From the human T2T-CHM13v2.0 reference genome, Homo sapiens: DNA of 64,000 nucleotides. The stretch lies in NCBI RefSeq assembly GCF_009914755.1, contig NC_060927.1; one strand, given 5' to 3'. The notes beneath the pieces are model-generated. The model was not told where the DNA came from and did not search any database. It was given only the letters and a program-made list of their open reading frames with translations. Numbering within the stretch: the first letter of the stretch is position 1; each line of letters begins with the position of its first letter. Positions 42,796-57,395 of the stretch are shown here, piece by piece. The position numbers and the translations under genes were made by a program.

Positions 42796-42984
42796 GTGTA
42801 AGTCATAGAATATAGCCCCTTTTTAATAATTAAATTTAGAAGACTCACAAATTCTTGGTATGTATACCAGACTTTATTGAGAGTCTGGAGTAATGGAGGG
42901 TTTATAGCAGCAACACCAACAATTTAAAATTGAAGTATATCTGTTTTTAATCATCTTCAATCACTTGCAACTTTAACTTTTCTC

Positions 42985-44000
42985 TGCACAGCAAAAGAAA
43001 CTACCATCAGACTGGACAGGCAACCTACAAAATGGGAGAAAATTTTCGCAACCTACTCATCTGACAAAGGGCTAATATCCAGCATCTACAATGAACTCAA
43101 ACAAATTTACAAGAAAAAAACAAACAACCCCATCAAAAAGTGGGCAAAGGACATGAATACACACTTCTCAAAAGAAGACATTTATGCAGCTAAAACACAC
43201 ATGAAAAAATGCTCACCATCACTGGCTATCAGAGAAATGCAAATCAATACCACAATGAGATACCATCTCACACCAGTTAGAATGGTGATCATTAAAAAGT
43301 CAGGAAACAACAGGTGCTGGAGAGGAGGTGGAGAAATAGGAACACTTTTACACTGTTGGTGGGACTGTAAACTAGTTCAACCATTGTGGAAGTCAGTGTG
43401 GCGATTCCTCAGGGATCTAGAACTAGAAATACCATTTGACCCAGCCATCCCATTACTGGGTATATACCCAAAGGATTATAAATCATGCTGCTATAAAGAC
43501 ACATGCACACGTATGTTTACTGCGGCACTATTCACAATAGCAAAGACTTGGAACCAACCCAAATGTCCAACAATGATAGACTGGATTAAGAAAATGTGGC
43601 ACATATACACCATGGAATACTATGCAGCCATAAAAAATGATGAGTTCATGTCCTTTGTAGGGACATGGATGAAATTGGAAATCATCATTCTCAGTAAACT
43701 ATCGCAAGAACAAAAAACCAAACACCGCATATTCTCACTCATAGGTGGGAACTGAACAATGAGAACACATGGACACAGGAAGGGGAACATCACACTCCGG
43801 GGACTGTTGTGGGGTAGGGGGAGTGGGGAGGGATAGCTTTAGGAGATATACCTAATGCTAAATGACGAGTTAATGGGTGCAGCACACCAGCATGGCACAT
43901 GTATACATATGTAACTAACCTGCACATTGTGCACATGTACCCTAAAGTATAATAATAATAAAATTAAAAAATAATAATAATTTTTAAAAAAGAAAAAAAA
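42985..44000 (+). mobile_element. 5'-truncated L1PA2/3, ~1 kb, with an open ORF2 C-terminus (track ORF 43153..43755)
   Basis: TSD aacttttctc at 42975-42984 and 44001-44010; ends [10 protein letters not shown]. Confidence 0.95.
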
Positions 44001-44396
44001 AACTTTTCTCACAGGCCTTCTTCCTTCACAAGCTCTGGGCTCCTATTCTGCTGCCTAACTTTTTGGCTTCTAGGCAGCCCTCCTCTTTGTTTCTGCCTCC
44101 TTTCCTCTTTTCTTAGCTCTCCCACCAACCAATACATTTTTATTTCTTATGCAGACAAATTTTAGCTACTCTGCTACCCCCATCCCCTTTCTTCATCCAG
44201 GGTTCTACGCCACTCCCCAGTCCTACCTACAAAAGAAAGAGAAGCTCAATACAGACCATCCATGGCCTCATAGTTATAGAAAGGCCAGGCATATGTTTCC
44301 AGGTAACTGCTTTTCTGTCTTCAACCAGACCACCTTTCCAGGACAGAGCACCTATATGCAAAAGGGGGGTACTTCCCTCATAATCCAAGCTCATAA

Positions 44397-45080
44397 TGTT
44401 ATAGCAGGTAGTCAGGCAGACATGAGCAGGGCAGGAGAGGGCACCCCACCCCAACCAGGAACATCAGGCAACATCAGGTGATAGGCGGTTGTTAACTGTC
44501 TCTCTAAAATTATTGGTCACAGTCAGTGCTAGGGAAAGGCAGTCTCCCTAGATAGAAACACCTGAAACTGGTGATCAGAAGCTTCCTCGTAAGATCTAAG
44601 GAGTTAGGTGACTGGGCTCAACATGTGCACTAAGAGGCAAAATGGCAGAGTTTGGTATATGACCTTCTAGGAACATTCTAGTGGTAAAGGAAGAACTGCC
44701 TCAAGTGAGCATGTGTATAACTCCAGTAAACACAGTGCACATGCAGCCCCTGCCAAGTTCTGGAGGCCCCTGCACATACGAACAACCCACCCCAAGGGAA
44801 GCATCAGGGGGAAAGAGATGCAGACCCTGGAAGCATGCCAACATATAAAGCCCCAAGTCCAAGGTCAAACCACAAACTTGAGTCTCTCAAGTTGCCCACT
44901 TGGCCCTCTTCCAACTGTACTTTACTTCCTTTTGTTCCTGCTATAAAACTTTTAAATAAACTTTCACTCCTGCTCTAAAACTTGCCTTGAGTCTGCCTAT
45001 GCCCCCGAGTCAAATTCTTTCTTCTGAGGAGGCAAGAACTGAAACTGTGGCAGACCCATACGGATTTGCCACCACTAACA
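44397..45080 (+). mobile_element. MER50 solo LTR (ERV1)
   Basis: TG...CA; TSD ATAA/ATAC; ggtagtcaggcagacatgagcagggcaggagag start; TATAAAG and AATAAA present. Confidence 0.85.
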
Positions 45081-45438
45081 ATACCTCCCCCAAAGATGGG
45101 AAATTCTCTCTTCCAAATATCCATTTTAAACAGTATTATCTATTTATTTATTTCCTTTAACATCCATTGATTTTTATCTAAAGTAGTGGCTAAATTGTCT
45201 TAGGACCTGAGAAATTTCAAACCCGTTAACACACCAACACAAAGAATGAGTTAATACTACACTTATTGATTAATCATGTTACAGGATGTTTGGAGAGTGC
45301 AGTCTGATACATGATGAACCTCAATCTGCATTTTGAGAAATCAAATTAAAATTGTACGCTTTAATGACAACCCAACACCAAACAGCAACAATGCAGCAAG
45401 ACAATAAAGAACAACAACAAAAAAGGACAAAGCCCTAA

Positions 45439-45768
<330 letters not shown>

Positions 45769-48074
45769 CATTAAATCACTTCTAATTCATAGTGAGAAAA
45801 CCACGACGACACAATCTGACACAGTATATGACAGCAAACATGTTCTAAACCTTTGAGTGGGCATGGCTTTGCTCACTGGTACGGGGTCACCTTATTAAAA
45901 TAGAGACTGAATCATTGAGACAATAGACAATGAGTACCTTTTTGCTGCTGTGGAGTTGGATAATTTGCTCACCAATGTTCTGCCCTTCCAGAATCTTCCA
46001 CAGAATTTATACATATACGTTATATATTTATATATACTACTATATGCTACATATTTTATGACATATATAATATATATTTAATGGTATTAAAATAAATACC
46101 ATTGCACCCTAATCAAGCTCCTCTGTACCAGTGATCTCTATTATAAAATTCTATCAGTCATTATTTATTTTAGTGTAGGGATAATATATGGAATAATCCA
46201 AGGAATTTTAATAATTAATACTAGTAATATTGATTTCTTAAAGACATTCACTTGTGCTAAAGTTCATTTGACAATGTGCTCTGAAAGCAGAGACCTACTG
46301 AACTTTTTGAAAATGGAAATTCCTAAGTCTGGTGACTTTTATTTCGTTGCTCAAAAACTAGGACCCCCACCCATTTTTTTAAAAATGTGTGAATACATAT
46401 GCACATTAGCTTCTGTGTATGTCAGTTTCTCTGCATGTTAATGATTCTCAATGGTATGTCCCAAATGAAATCAATGTCTGTGACTTAGGAATGCTAAGAC
46501 AGCTCTGGGACATTTAAGCTAAATAATAGTAAATGCATTGGAAATTCATAAATAACACTTGCATCACTAAACCTTATTTTACTTGTTCTTAAAGTTATTG
46601 TTGCCCAAGATGATGCTTTGTTTAAATCTTCTTTACAATATTAAACAGCTATAAAAATGTTAAGGAATTCCCATGGCCACATTAGGTTGGTAACACACTA
46701 TTGGGAAGACTGTGTCGAAACTAGCATTCTCATGCATTGCTGGTGAGAAAGAAAAATGGTAAAAGCCTATATAAGGGATTCTGGCAGTATCTAACAGAAG
46801 TACAAGTGCATTTACTCTTTGATCCCAAAATCACTCTTCTAGCGATTAAACCAGTAAATCGCAATTTACCCTGAAGATACACCTACAACAATAGGAAACT
46901 AAATATGAACAAGGTTATTTATTGCTTATAATTACAAATATTAGCAACTACCTAGTGGGCCAAACATTGGTGGAATACTAAACTTGTCTTAATAAAGAGT
47001 GAGAAAAATCTCTAAGAACTGATATGGAGTAATTTCTAACACTCATTATTAAATGAAAAGGCAAAATGCAAAAGAACATATATAGTATGTTACATTCAGT
47101 ATAAGAAGGAAAAATAAGAAAACACATGCCCACTCTACAGAAAGAAATATTAAAAGGACAAACCAGAAAACAATGAAGCTGTTTATCTACAAGAGTAATG
47201 AGAGTATGATGGAATGGCAATGGAGTAGGAGGGATATATATTTCAGGGAAGGGAGTGACACTGCTCTGAATATATCTTTTTCTATAGTTTTAACTCTTTT
47301 GGAAGCACATTCATGCTCTACATATTTTAAAAATTAGAAGCAACAAAAGAGGAAGGAGAAAAAGAAAACCTAAAATTGAAAGCAAATGGAGACAAATCAA
47401 CTGTACTTCAAACGAATATTATAACCACACTAGGAGTGGGGAAGGGAGCTAATCCAAGTACCTTATGAACACAGTATTGACTATATACTCCCAGTGTTGC
47501 TTGGAGATGACAAGAGGTTGGGAAGGCAAAGAATTCTGCAAACAAATCGTGACCTCATTTGGTTTGTTTTGATACTGGTTTCAGTGAAGCAATTCCATAA
47601 CAATTTATTACAGGATTAGCAAATGAGAAAATGTGCTGATGATGCTGGAAGCCAAAACTTCCACAAAGGGACACACAAATACAGAACGGGCAATGGCAAG
47701 AAAGAACTGTGTAGGGGACTGGATACAAAGATAGCAGTGTGAACTCATGATTTCAAATATGTATGTGTGTGCAGATAGGCACGTGTATGTAAGTACGTAT
47801 AGCCGTCCCTCAGTATCCACAGGGGACTGGCTCCAGGGACAGAACAATGTGTCCACACATAATTGAGTAGGAGCATCGTAGGGACTGTTATGGAGGGAGG
47901 TATAGAAAGCTATGGACCCCAGAGCAGGGAGGGACATACTCTGTTGGATGGGTAGAGGGGAGTCTCACAGAAGTTAGTTTTGAACATGGCCTAGAGAGAA
48001 AAGGAGGATGGGATAGGGCAGACAATCTGACCTGGGGGATGAGAAGTCTAGGTTCACATAAGGAATGCTGAGTA

Positions 48075-48402
48075 TAGTTGGGCCTCAGTATCTGAGAGAG
48101 ATTGGTTCCAGAATCCCTTTCCCTATACCAAAATCCAGTGATCCTTAAGTCCCTTATATAAAATAGCATTAGTATTTGCATATAAACTACACACAACCAC
48201 CCATATACCTTAAATCATCTCTAGGTGACTTATAATATCTAATGCAATGTAAGTGCCAGCTAAATAGTTGTTATACTCTATTTTTTAAATTTGTATTATT
48301 TTTATTGTTGTATTATCATTTTTCATCTTTTTTCAAATATGTTTTATCTGCTGTTGGTTGAATCCAAGGATGTGGAACCTGTGGATATGGAGGGCCAAAC
48401 CG
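48075..48402 (+). mobile_element. MER2 (TcMar-Tigger); a second MER2 left-end stub lies at 47800-47840
   Basis: ataccaaaatcc...aagtcccttatataaaat...tttgcatataa core; TIRs. Confidence 0.85.
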
Positions 48403-48440
48403 TCTGTGACTATATGGTATGTATGTGTGTTCATACGCAT

Positions 48441-48795
48441 ATGTGTTAGTCTACTCAGGCTGCTATAACAAATGCCTTACACTGCATAATTTAATAATAG
48501 AAATGTGTTTCTCACAGTTTAGGAGGCTGGGAAGTCCAAGATCACGGTGCCAGCAGGTTCAATGTCTTGTGAGGGCTGCTTCCAAGATGGCATCCTTTAG
48601 CTGTGTCCTCACATGGCAGAAGAAGTACAAAGGCCAAACCAACTCCCTCAAGTTCTTTTAAAGGACACTAATTCCATTCATGAGAGGGGAACCCTCATGA
48701 TCTAATCATCTCCTGAAGTCCCCACCTCTTAATAGTATGACATTGGGGATTAAGTTTCAATATATGAAGTTTGAGGATACATTCGGACCATCACA
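48441..48795 (-). mobile_element. MST/MLT1A MaLR LTR
   Basis: tgtgttagtctactcaggctgctataacaaa...accatcaca. Confidence 0.8.
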
Positions 48796-49149
48796 ATGCA
48801 TATACATGCTTATATTTCCTAACTGTTTCTTGGAAGGGCTAGAAGCTAAGGTGTCCCAGAAGAGAAGAGCACACTTCGTGCCCCATCTTGGTCTCTAATG
48901 CCATTTCCCAATAAAGAAAACCGGAGCTCCTCAGAGAAATGACTAATTTCATAGCTAGGGCAGAGTAGTAACAAACTGAGGAAAAAATATTTTGTTGTAA
49001 CATAAAATGAGGTAGCATTCAAAAAAGAATAGAGTATGTCACAAAGACACTTGAAAGAAGCCAACCTGAAAAGGCTTACACTAGCCAAATCTGGAAAATA
49101 TCAGCACCAAAATAATATAGTAATGAAGTCATTGATAAAAACAGGAATC

Positions 49150-50663
49150 TGTGGTAGACTGAATGATGCCCGCCCAAAGATGGCCATGTCCTGTGTGGGC
49201 GGCAAGCCATCCAGGTGCCGAGGCAAGAGACCGAGGCCACGAGCTGTTCCAGTATAATAAAATATATAAAACAACAAGAGTTATACTAGATCTAGACCAT
49301 AGACATGATTACGTATGAATACCATTAATCATTAGTTTGTAGCAATTACTCTTTATTCCAATATTATAATAATCCTCGCTCTATAATCATAACCTAGGAA
49401 AAACCAGGCCATACAGAGATAGGAGCTGAGGGGACATAGTGAGAAGTGACCAGAAGACAAGAGTGTGAGCCTTCTGTTATACCCGGACAGGGCCACCAGA
49501 GGGCTCCTTGGTCTAGCGGTAACGCCAGTGTCTGGGAAGACGCCCGCTGCCAAGCGGACCGTGGTCTAGCAGTAGCCTCAGTGTCAAGGAAAAACACCCA
49601 CTACTTAGCGGAACGGGAAAGGCAATCTCCCTTTCCCCGGGGGAGTTTAGAAAAGACTCTACTCCTCCACCTCTTGTGGAAGGCCTGACATGAGTCAGGC
49701 CCACCCGCAGTTATCCAGAGGCCTAACCATCTCCCTGTGGTGCTATGCTTCAGTGGTCACGCTCCTAGTCCACCTTCATGTTCCATCCTGTACACCTGGC
49801 TCTGCCTTTTAGATAACAGTAGCAAAATTAGTGAAAGTACTAAAAGTTTCTGATATGCAGAAATAATGGTGTAAGCTGTCTCTCTCTCTCCCTCTCTCTC
49901 TCTGCCTTGGCTGCCAGGCAGGGAAGGGCCCCCTGTCCAGTGGACACGTGACCCACGTGACCTTACCTATCATTGGAAATGACTCACACTCTTTACCCTG
50001 CCCCTTTTGCTTTGTATCCAATAAATAACAGCACAGCCAGACATTCGGGGCCATTACTGGTCTCCGCATCTTGGTGGTAGTGGTCCACTGGGCCCAGCTG
50101 TCTTTTATCTCTTTGTCTTATGTCTTTATTTCTACAATCTCTTGCCTCCACACACGGCAAGAAAAACCCACCGACCCTGTGGGGCTGGTCCCTATAGTCC
50201 TGATCTCCAGAACCTTCAAATTTGTTATTTACATAGCAAAAGGGAATTTGCAGATGAGGTTAAGGATCTTGAGAGGAGAGAGTTATCTTGGATTATTCAG
50301 GTGGGTCCAATATAATAATAAGGATCCTTAAAGGGTGACAGGATGGTCAGAGTCAGAGAAGATGTAACAATAAAAGCAGAGGTTAGAGAAAGATTTGAAG
50401 ATGCTGCTCTGCTGGCTTTGAAGATGGAATAAGGGGCCACAAGCCTAAGAATCCAGGTGGCCTCAAGAAGTTGGAAAAGGCAAGGAAGGAGATCCTTCCC
50501 TTAGAGCCTCTGGAAGGAACACAGCCATACTGACACCTTCATTTTAGCCCCAAAACTCATTTTAAGCTTCTGACTCTCCAGAACTGTAAGATAATAAATT
50601 TGTGTTGTTTTAAACCAATAAGCTTGTGGTGATTTGTTACAGCAGCAACAGAAAGCTAATATA
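49150..50663 (+). mobile_element. MLT1D interrupted by LTR13
   Basis: tgtggtagactgaat start; gcagcaacagaaagctaatata end. Confidence 0.8.
49194..50196 (+). mobile_element. LTR13 solo LTR (ERVK group), 1003 bp
   Basis: 6-bp TSD GTCCTG on both sides; TGTGGGCGGCAAGCC start. Confidence 0.88.
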
Positions 50664-50732
50664 GAATATGAATCCACACCAATAAAAGATAGAGATGCTT
50701 ATTCATATCAGTTAACTTTAAATATATATATA

Positions 50733-51746
50733 CAGTCATGCATGGCACAATGACGCTTCGGTCAGCAACAGAGCACATGTACGATGACGGTCCCTTAAGA
50801 TTATGATGGAGCTGAAAAATTCCTATTGCTTACTGACAATGTCTTGATGATCCTGATCTTGAGTAAGCCCAGACTAACTGTGTGTGTTTTTGTCTTCATT
50901 TTTAACAAAAAAGTTTAGAAAGGATAAAAAAAATTAATTAAAAATTTCAAAAATAGAAAAAAGCTTATCAAATAAGGACATAAAGAAAATATTTTTGTAG
51001 AACTGTACAACGTGTGTTTTAAAATGAGTGTCATTACAAAAGAGTCAAAAAGTTTTTAGAAATTTATAAAGTAAAAATGTTACAGTAAGATACAGAGAAT
51101 TTAATACTGAAGAAAGAAAAATACATTTTTTTTCTACAGGCATGCATCACCATGCCCAGTTAATTGTTTTTTTAATTTTTTGTAGGCATAGAGTCTCGCT
51201 ATGTTGCCCAGGTTGGTCTTTGAACTCCTGGTCTCAAGTGGTTCTCCTGCCTCAGTCTCCCAAAGTGCTAAGATTACAGGTGAAGATGTGAGCCTCTGTG
51301 CCAGACCAAAAAATATTTTTAAATAAAGTTAATGTAACTTAAGTGAACAGTGTTGATCATGTCTGCAGTAGTGTATAGTAATGTCCTAGGCCTTCAGATT
51401 CACTCACCACTCACTACTGACTCACTCAAAGCAACTCCAGTCCTGCAAGCTCCATTCATAGTAAATATCTTATAAAGGTGTAACATTTATCTTTATACGG
51501 TATTTTCACCACATCTTTTATTGGTATACTCACCATTTGTTACAATCACCTACAATATTCAGTGCAGTAACATGCTGTACAGGTTTGTAGCCTAGAAGCA
51601 ATAGGCTATACCATATAGCCTAGGTGTGTAATGGGCTATACCATCTAGGTTGGTGTAAGTACATTCTATGGTGTTTGCACAACCAAAAAATCACCAAACA
51701 AGGCATTTTTCAGAATGTATCTCCATCTTTAAGCAAGGCATGACTG
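50733..51746. mobile_element. Tigger3b-like, with an antisense partial Alu at 51126-51307
   Basis: ta-cagtcatgc ... gcatgactg-ta. Confidence 0.85.
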
Positions 51747-51752
51747 TATATA

Positions 51753-52140
51753 CAAGCTGAGCATTCCTAATCCAAAAATCTAAAATCTGAAATGCTCTAA
51801 AATTTGAAACTTTTTTTTCTCTTTTTTAGAAATGGGGTTATAGCTACATTGCCCAAGCTGGCCTTGAACTCCTAGGCTCCAGTTATTCTCCCACCTCAGC
51901 CTCCCAAGTAGCTGCGACTATAGGATCTCGCCACCATGCCCAGCTTGAAACTTTTTGAGCACCAACATGACGCTCAGAGGCAATGCTCATTAGAGAATTT
52001 CAGATTTTCAGATTAGGGATGTTCAACCAATAAGGATAATGCAAATATTCCAAAAATTCAAATATTTCAAAATCTCCAAAACATCCAAAATCTGAAGCAC
52101 TTCTGGTCCCAAGTGTTTCAGATAAGGGATAATCAACCTG
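51753..52140. mobile_element. Tigger4/MER46, with a FLAM at ~51812-51943
   Basis: TIRs; FLAM TSD ttgaaacttttt. Confidence 0.8.
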
Positions 52141-52169
52141 TATATAGGCTTACCTTTACCAAGTTCTAA

Positions 52170-52790
52170 ACCTTTTTTCATATTTATGTAAATTTTTAAT
52201 TCACAAATAAGATAACTAAAGATGTACTTATCCTAAGTATACAATTCAGATAATTTTCACAATATGAACATACTCACGTAAGTAGCACCTAGATGAAGGA
52301 ACATTATGAAGCCCCCTTTGACACAACCTACCAGTCACCACCCAAAGGTAACCACTATCATGACTTGGAATAGTTTTGTCTATTCTTAACTTTTTTGCAA
52401 GTGGAATCATGGTATTTCGTATTTGTTAACTTTAGCTCAACATTAAATTTTTAAGATTTATCCATGTCGTTAAGTGTAACTGTAGATCATTTGTTTTCTC
52501 TGTGGAAGAGCTTTCCATCATTTGACTATATCATAATGTACTCATCCATAGACTGTTGATGGGAATTTGGATGGTTTCCAGTTTGGAGCTATGAGCACTT
52601 TTAGCTCATTTCTATTGAATATATATTTAGAAGTAAAATTGCTGAGTCACAGTATATGCATATGTTCAGCTTTAGTAGCTACTGCCCAATAGTTTTTCAG
52701 AGTAGGTGTACCAATGTACACTCTCACTGAGCGTAGTGTTTCTGGGTTCCATTTGCTCTATGTCCCCACCAACACTAAGTATTAACTCAA
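52170..52790 (-). mobile_element. Old L1M 3' fragment
   Basis: gttgatgggaatttggatggtttccagttt; aattgctgagtca. Confidence 0.7.
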
Positions 52791-55657
52791 ATAACTGGTT
52801 TAAAGCTAGATTATTCATTATTTATTAGCCTCCAGCCTTTCCCTGAAAAATTTACAAAAGGATAGGTTTTTCGTTAAAATGTATTAAGGCTTAGCTTACT
52901 TTCTAAAGTTAAATAGAAATATATTTTCATCAAATTATGTATACTGCAGCCAGAATTTTCTAATAAAGAAGTCATCTTTATTTCCCCTTTGCTATTAATA
53001 ATATTTTCCGAAACCACCATGAGTGGGGAACAAATTCGCTGTACAAAACAAATCGTGGCTTTCTCACTGTCCTATAGGCCAGATTGATGATTTCAACTCT
53101 GAGGAGCTAAATGGTCTAAAACTCTGGGAAAAATCTGAATTAAGAGCTCGTGCTCAGCAAGAATCAAATGCATTTAGCCACTTCCATACAATATAGTATT
53201 GATCAGCAGCCTTGAACATCATGTGTGCTAACATTTCAAACAACAGTATGTTCCTTGGGGTGTTGGATCTTCATCTTCATGTATTCCAGTCATGCTCAAA
53301 AAGAGGTAATTAGAAAATTTCTCATGAGTTATATCATTAAAAAATATTTTTATGAAGCCAGTAAGTTGCAATAATACCTCTTCTAATAGACGCTGTAGTT
53401 ACAATAATTAGTATGCTTGCATTTCATATGATTAGAAAATTAATTTCTATTTGAATGCAAAATAGATATTTATAAATACTGGATCTTAACAAATTAACCA
53501 TAGGTTATTGCTCATTAGGCAAAAGAATCAACAAGTAACGACCCAGCAAGTCATATCTTATTTGATGACTTGGAATTCATTGCTGTGACAATGACCATGA
53601 CAAACAGGTTCCTAGTTATAGTGGGTACTGTTACTTGGATTAACATTCTTACTGAAAACAATGAAAAATGCCAGATAAAATATAAAGACCCTAAACCCTA
53701 AGCTCTGAAAACAGGGGGAGCTTTCAGACTAGTTTCTGATGAAAACCGGAGGCAGAGAGTTGAGACCATGAGAGCATGGAGCTGACTGCCCAGGAAGCAC
53801 TTAGCAACAACACAAACAAAGGTTATCAGTGGGACCCCTGCACTCCCATCCTCCTAGCATACAGAGTTTTATGAGTCACCTTACACAGAAATGGGCACCT
53901 GAAGAGAGGAGATTATACTCTCTAAGTAAGGAAAAACTAGATTCATTCACCAACCCCTCCACACACATTCACACTCCTGACAACTGAGGAGGCTGCCCTG
54001 GGAAGTTATGATCTCAGACCTACATTATCAGGGATTTGCACACTGGGTACAAATGATGCTGATCTGAGGTACTGTCCCAATTGGCAGAGCCCTTAGGTGC
54101 CTGGCAGAAGGAAACATGCTATGGAGGAAGGAACATCCATAGTTGATTTCAGGGAATGCCCGCTAATGGATTTCAGGGACAATGACCAGCAAGGATAAAC
54201 AATACTCAGGCCTCCAAGAAAACAGGAAGATTTGGGCAACAACAAGATATAACAGACACCACAGACAAAAGATGACTTTCATAGTCTTCTGATATTAGAA
54301 TTACCACATATACTGTAGAACTACATTTAACAAACATGAATAAATAAGTCACGCACTAGAAAATATCTACAGGGAACAGGAAATCATAAAAAGCAATACA
54401 GATTTGAAAATAAAAAAGACAAGCAGAATTTCTAGCAATGACAGACTTCTACAAATGAAAAATAACCAAAATTAGAAACTCAACGTGCTATATGTGGCAG
54501 CAGAAGGGGCATAGTAGAAGACAGGGGAAAAAAAAGAAATAAAATCATTCAGAATATAACACTAAAAAAGAAAAAGCTGGAATACACAAAAAGACAGTAA
54601 GAATTAGAAAAAAATGAGAAAGTTTAATGTATATGTGATCTGATTTGCTGAAGGAGCTAGAACAAGAGAAAGAATAAGCAGAGATAATGGCAGAAAGTTT
54701 TCAAGACTGATGAAAAAGAACAATCCACAGATTCAAGCAGCACAGAGAATCCTCAACAGAATAAGTAAAAAAGAAATTTATATTTAGTTACATCATAGTG
54801 AATCTACAGAAAACCAAATCTACACCACCTCCCCCAAAAAACATTTTAGAAGGACCCAAGGGACAAAAACAGAGATTTCCTTCTGAGGAAAAACTTGAGA
54901 TTAGTCACCAACCTGTCAATGGCAACAATTCAGAACATAAGAGAATGAAATAACATCTGGGCAGTGCTGAAAAATAATACCAAAAACAACTACCAAACTG
55001 AAATTTAATACTCAGCAAAATATCCCTCAAGGAAGAATGACTTTATCAGACAGATAGTTTGCCACCAGCACATGTAAGCTAAAGGAAACTATAAAGGATG
55101 TACTTCAGTCAGAAATAAGTGAAGACAGGAATGAAAACTAAAAAAAGAAGCATACAAAAGTAGTAAATACGTGAATAAATGTAAATGAACATTAACTATA
55201 TTAAAGTAGTGATAGTAAAGTCTGGTGGATATTTAAAAGAGAGAAACAAAACAAGATAGACTTGAAAATCCCAGACAACAATAACATATACATCATGAGG
55301 GGACTAAGTGGAGTTAAGCAGGCTAAGGTCTGTATATTACTAAAAGAAAAGAAAGTTTCTTTTTAAGTTTAGCTTTTAATACATTAATAGGCATGATGTA
55401 AATTTTAAAGTAACCAGTAAAAGAATAGAAAGAAAATATATAAATACCAACCTTATATAGGGAAAAAACAAAATGAAAAATAAAATGTCAATAAAACAAG
55501 AAAGTGGAAGTAGGTAAGAAGAAAATAATGTATGACAATGTTTGAAAGAATATAGTAGAATGAAATCCAAACAGACCAACAATTACAGTGTGTAAATGAA
55601 GTACATGCTATAGTTAGAAGTAAAAAAACTGGCCAAATTAATTTTTTAATTTTTTAA

Positions 55658-55964
<307 letters not shown>

Positions 55965-56349
55965 AGACAAATTAATTTTAAAACACTATATGATGTTTCT
56001 ATTACATAGATCTAAAACATAAAAGTAGATGTCTGAAGGAAAAGAATGAAAAAACATATAGCAGGCAAATATTAATCAAAACAAAGTTTGCATGATTATG
56101 TTAGAATGGGACAAAGGAGGGTAAGGCAAAAAACATTACTAGATATAAAGAGGGCGACTTCACAATGATACAAGGCTGATTTCATAAGATGACATAATTT
56201 GAAATTTGCATACACCTAATAACATGGCCTCAAAATACATAAAACAAAAATTGTCAGAACTACAAGAAGAGATAAATTCATAATAGTAATAGGAGATTTA
56301 TACACATCTCTTTCAGTAATTTATAGAAAAAGCAGGCCAAAATTAGTAA

Positions 56350-56697
<348 letters not shown>

Positions 56698-57353
56698 TAA
56701 TAAATTACTTGATGAACATATATTGAACACTGCACGGAACAGCTGCAAAATATGTATTTTTTTTTTCAAACATACAGAATATCTACAAAAAATGACCTCA
56801 TAATGGGCTATAAACCAAGACTTGATGAATTTCAACATATTAAAATCATCCAGACTACATTCTCTAACTTCAAAGCAGTTAAACTAGAAATCAATATACA
56901 AAGATAAATGTATCCATGACATTTAAGTACATATATATTAATAACCCATGAGTCAATAAAGAAAAATATAAAATATTTTAACCAGAAGATTAAAACTATA
57001 TATACCAAAACTTGTGGGATGATGCTAACGCAGTATTTAAACCTAATCTGAAATGTATAAATTAGAAAAGAAGAAATATGAAAAATTAACAAGCTAAATA
57101 TTTACCCCAAAAAGTTAGAAAAGGAATACAAAATAGACCCAAAGAAAAAGAAAGGAAATAAAAATAATTACAACAATCAAAGAACAAAGAAACAGAAGCT
57201 ATTAGCAAAATGAAACAATGGCATTCTAAGCCATGTTTTATAAATTCAAATTTCCAAATCTGTCTTAAAAAAAAACCCAAAGTAGAACTGAGCTAATTCC
57301 AACATGTCAGAAGCCACAGAATATAGTATTTAAGTGAAGGATTTAATGCGCAT

Positions 57354-57355
<2 letters not shown>

Positions 57356-57394
<39 letters not shown>
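57356..57394. repeat. (CA)n microsatellite
   Basis: Seen directly. Confidence 0.95.

Positions 57395-57395
<1 letters not shown>

Larger units (their letters stand above)
46670..49149 (+). mobile_element. L1MC/MD 3' region hosting MER2 and MST insertions
   Basis: gaactcatgatttcaaatat continues as tatatttcctaactgtt...caataaagaaaaccggagctcc after 48800. Confidence 0.65.

Noticed and set aside
43153-43755. 200-aa ORF as a host gene
   Set aside because: It is the C-terminus of L1 ORF2 in a 5'-truncated, promoterless copy
53084-53130. C/D-box snoRNA-like TGATGA...CTGA
   Set aside because: Antisense to the host gene, boxes too close together and no terminal stem
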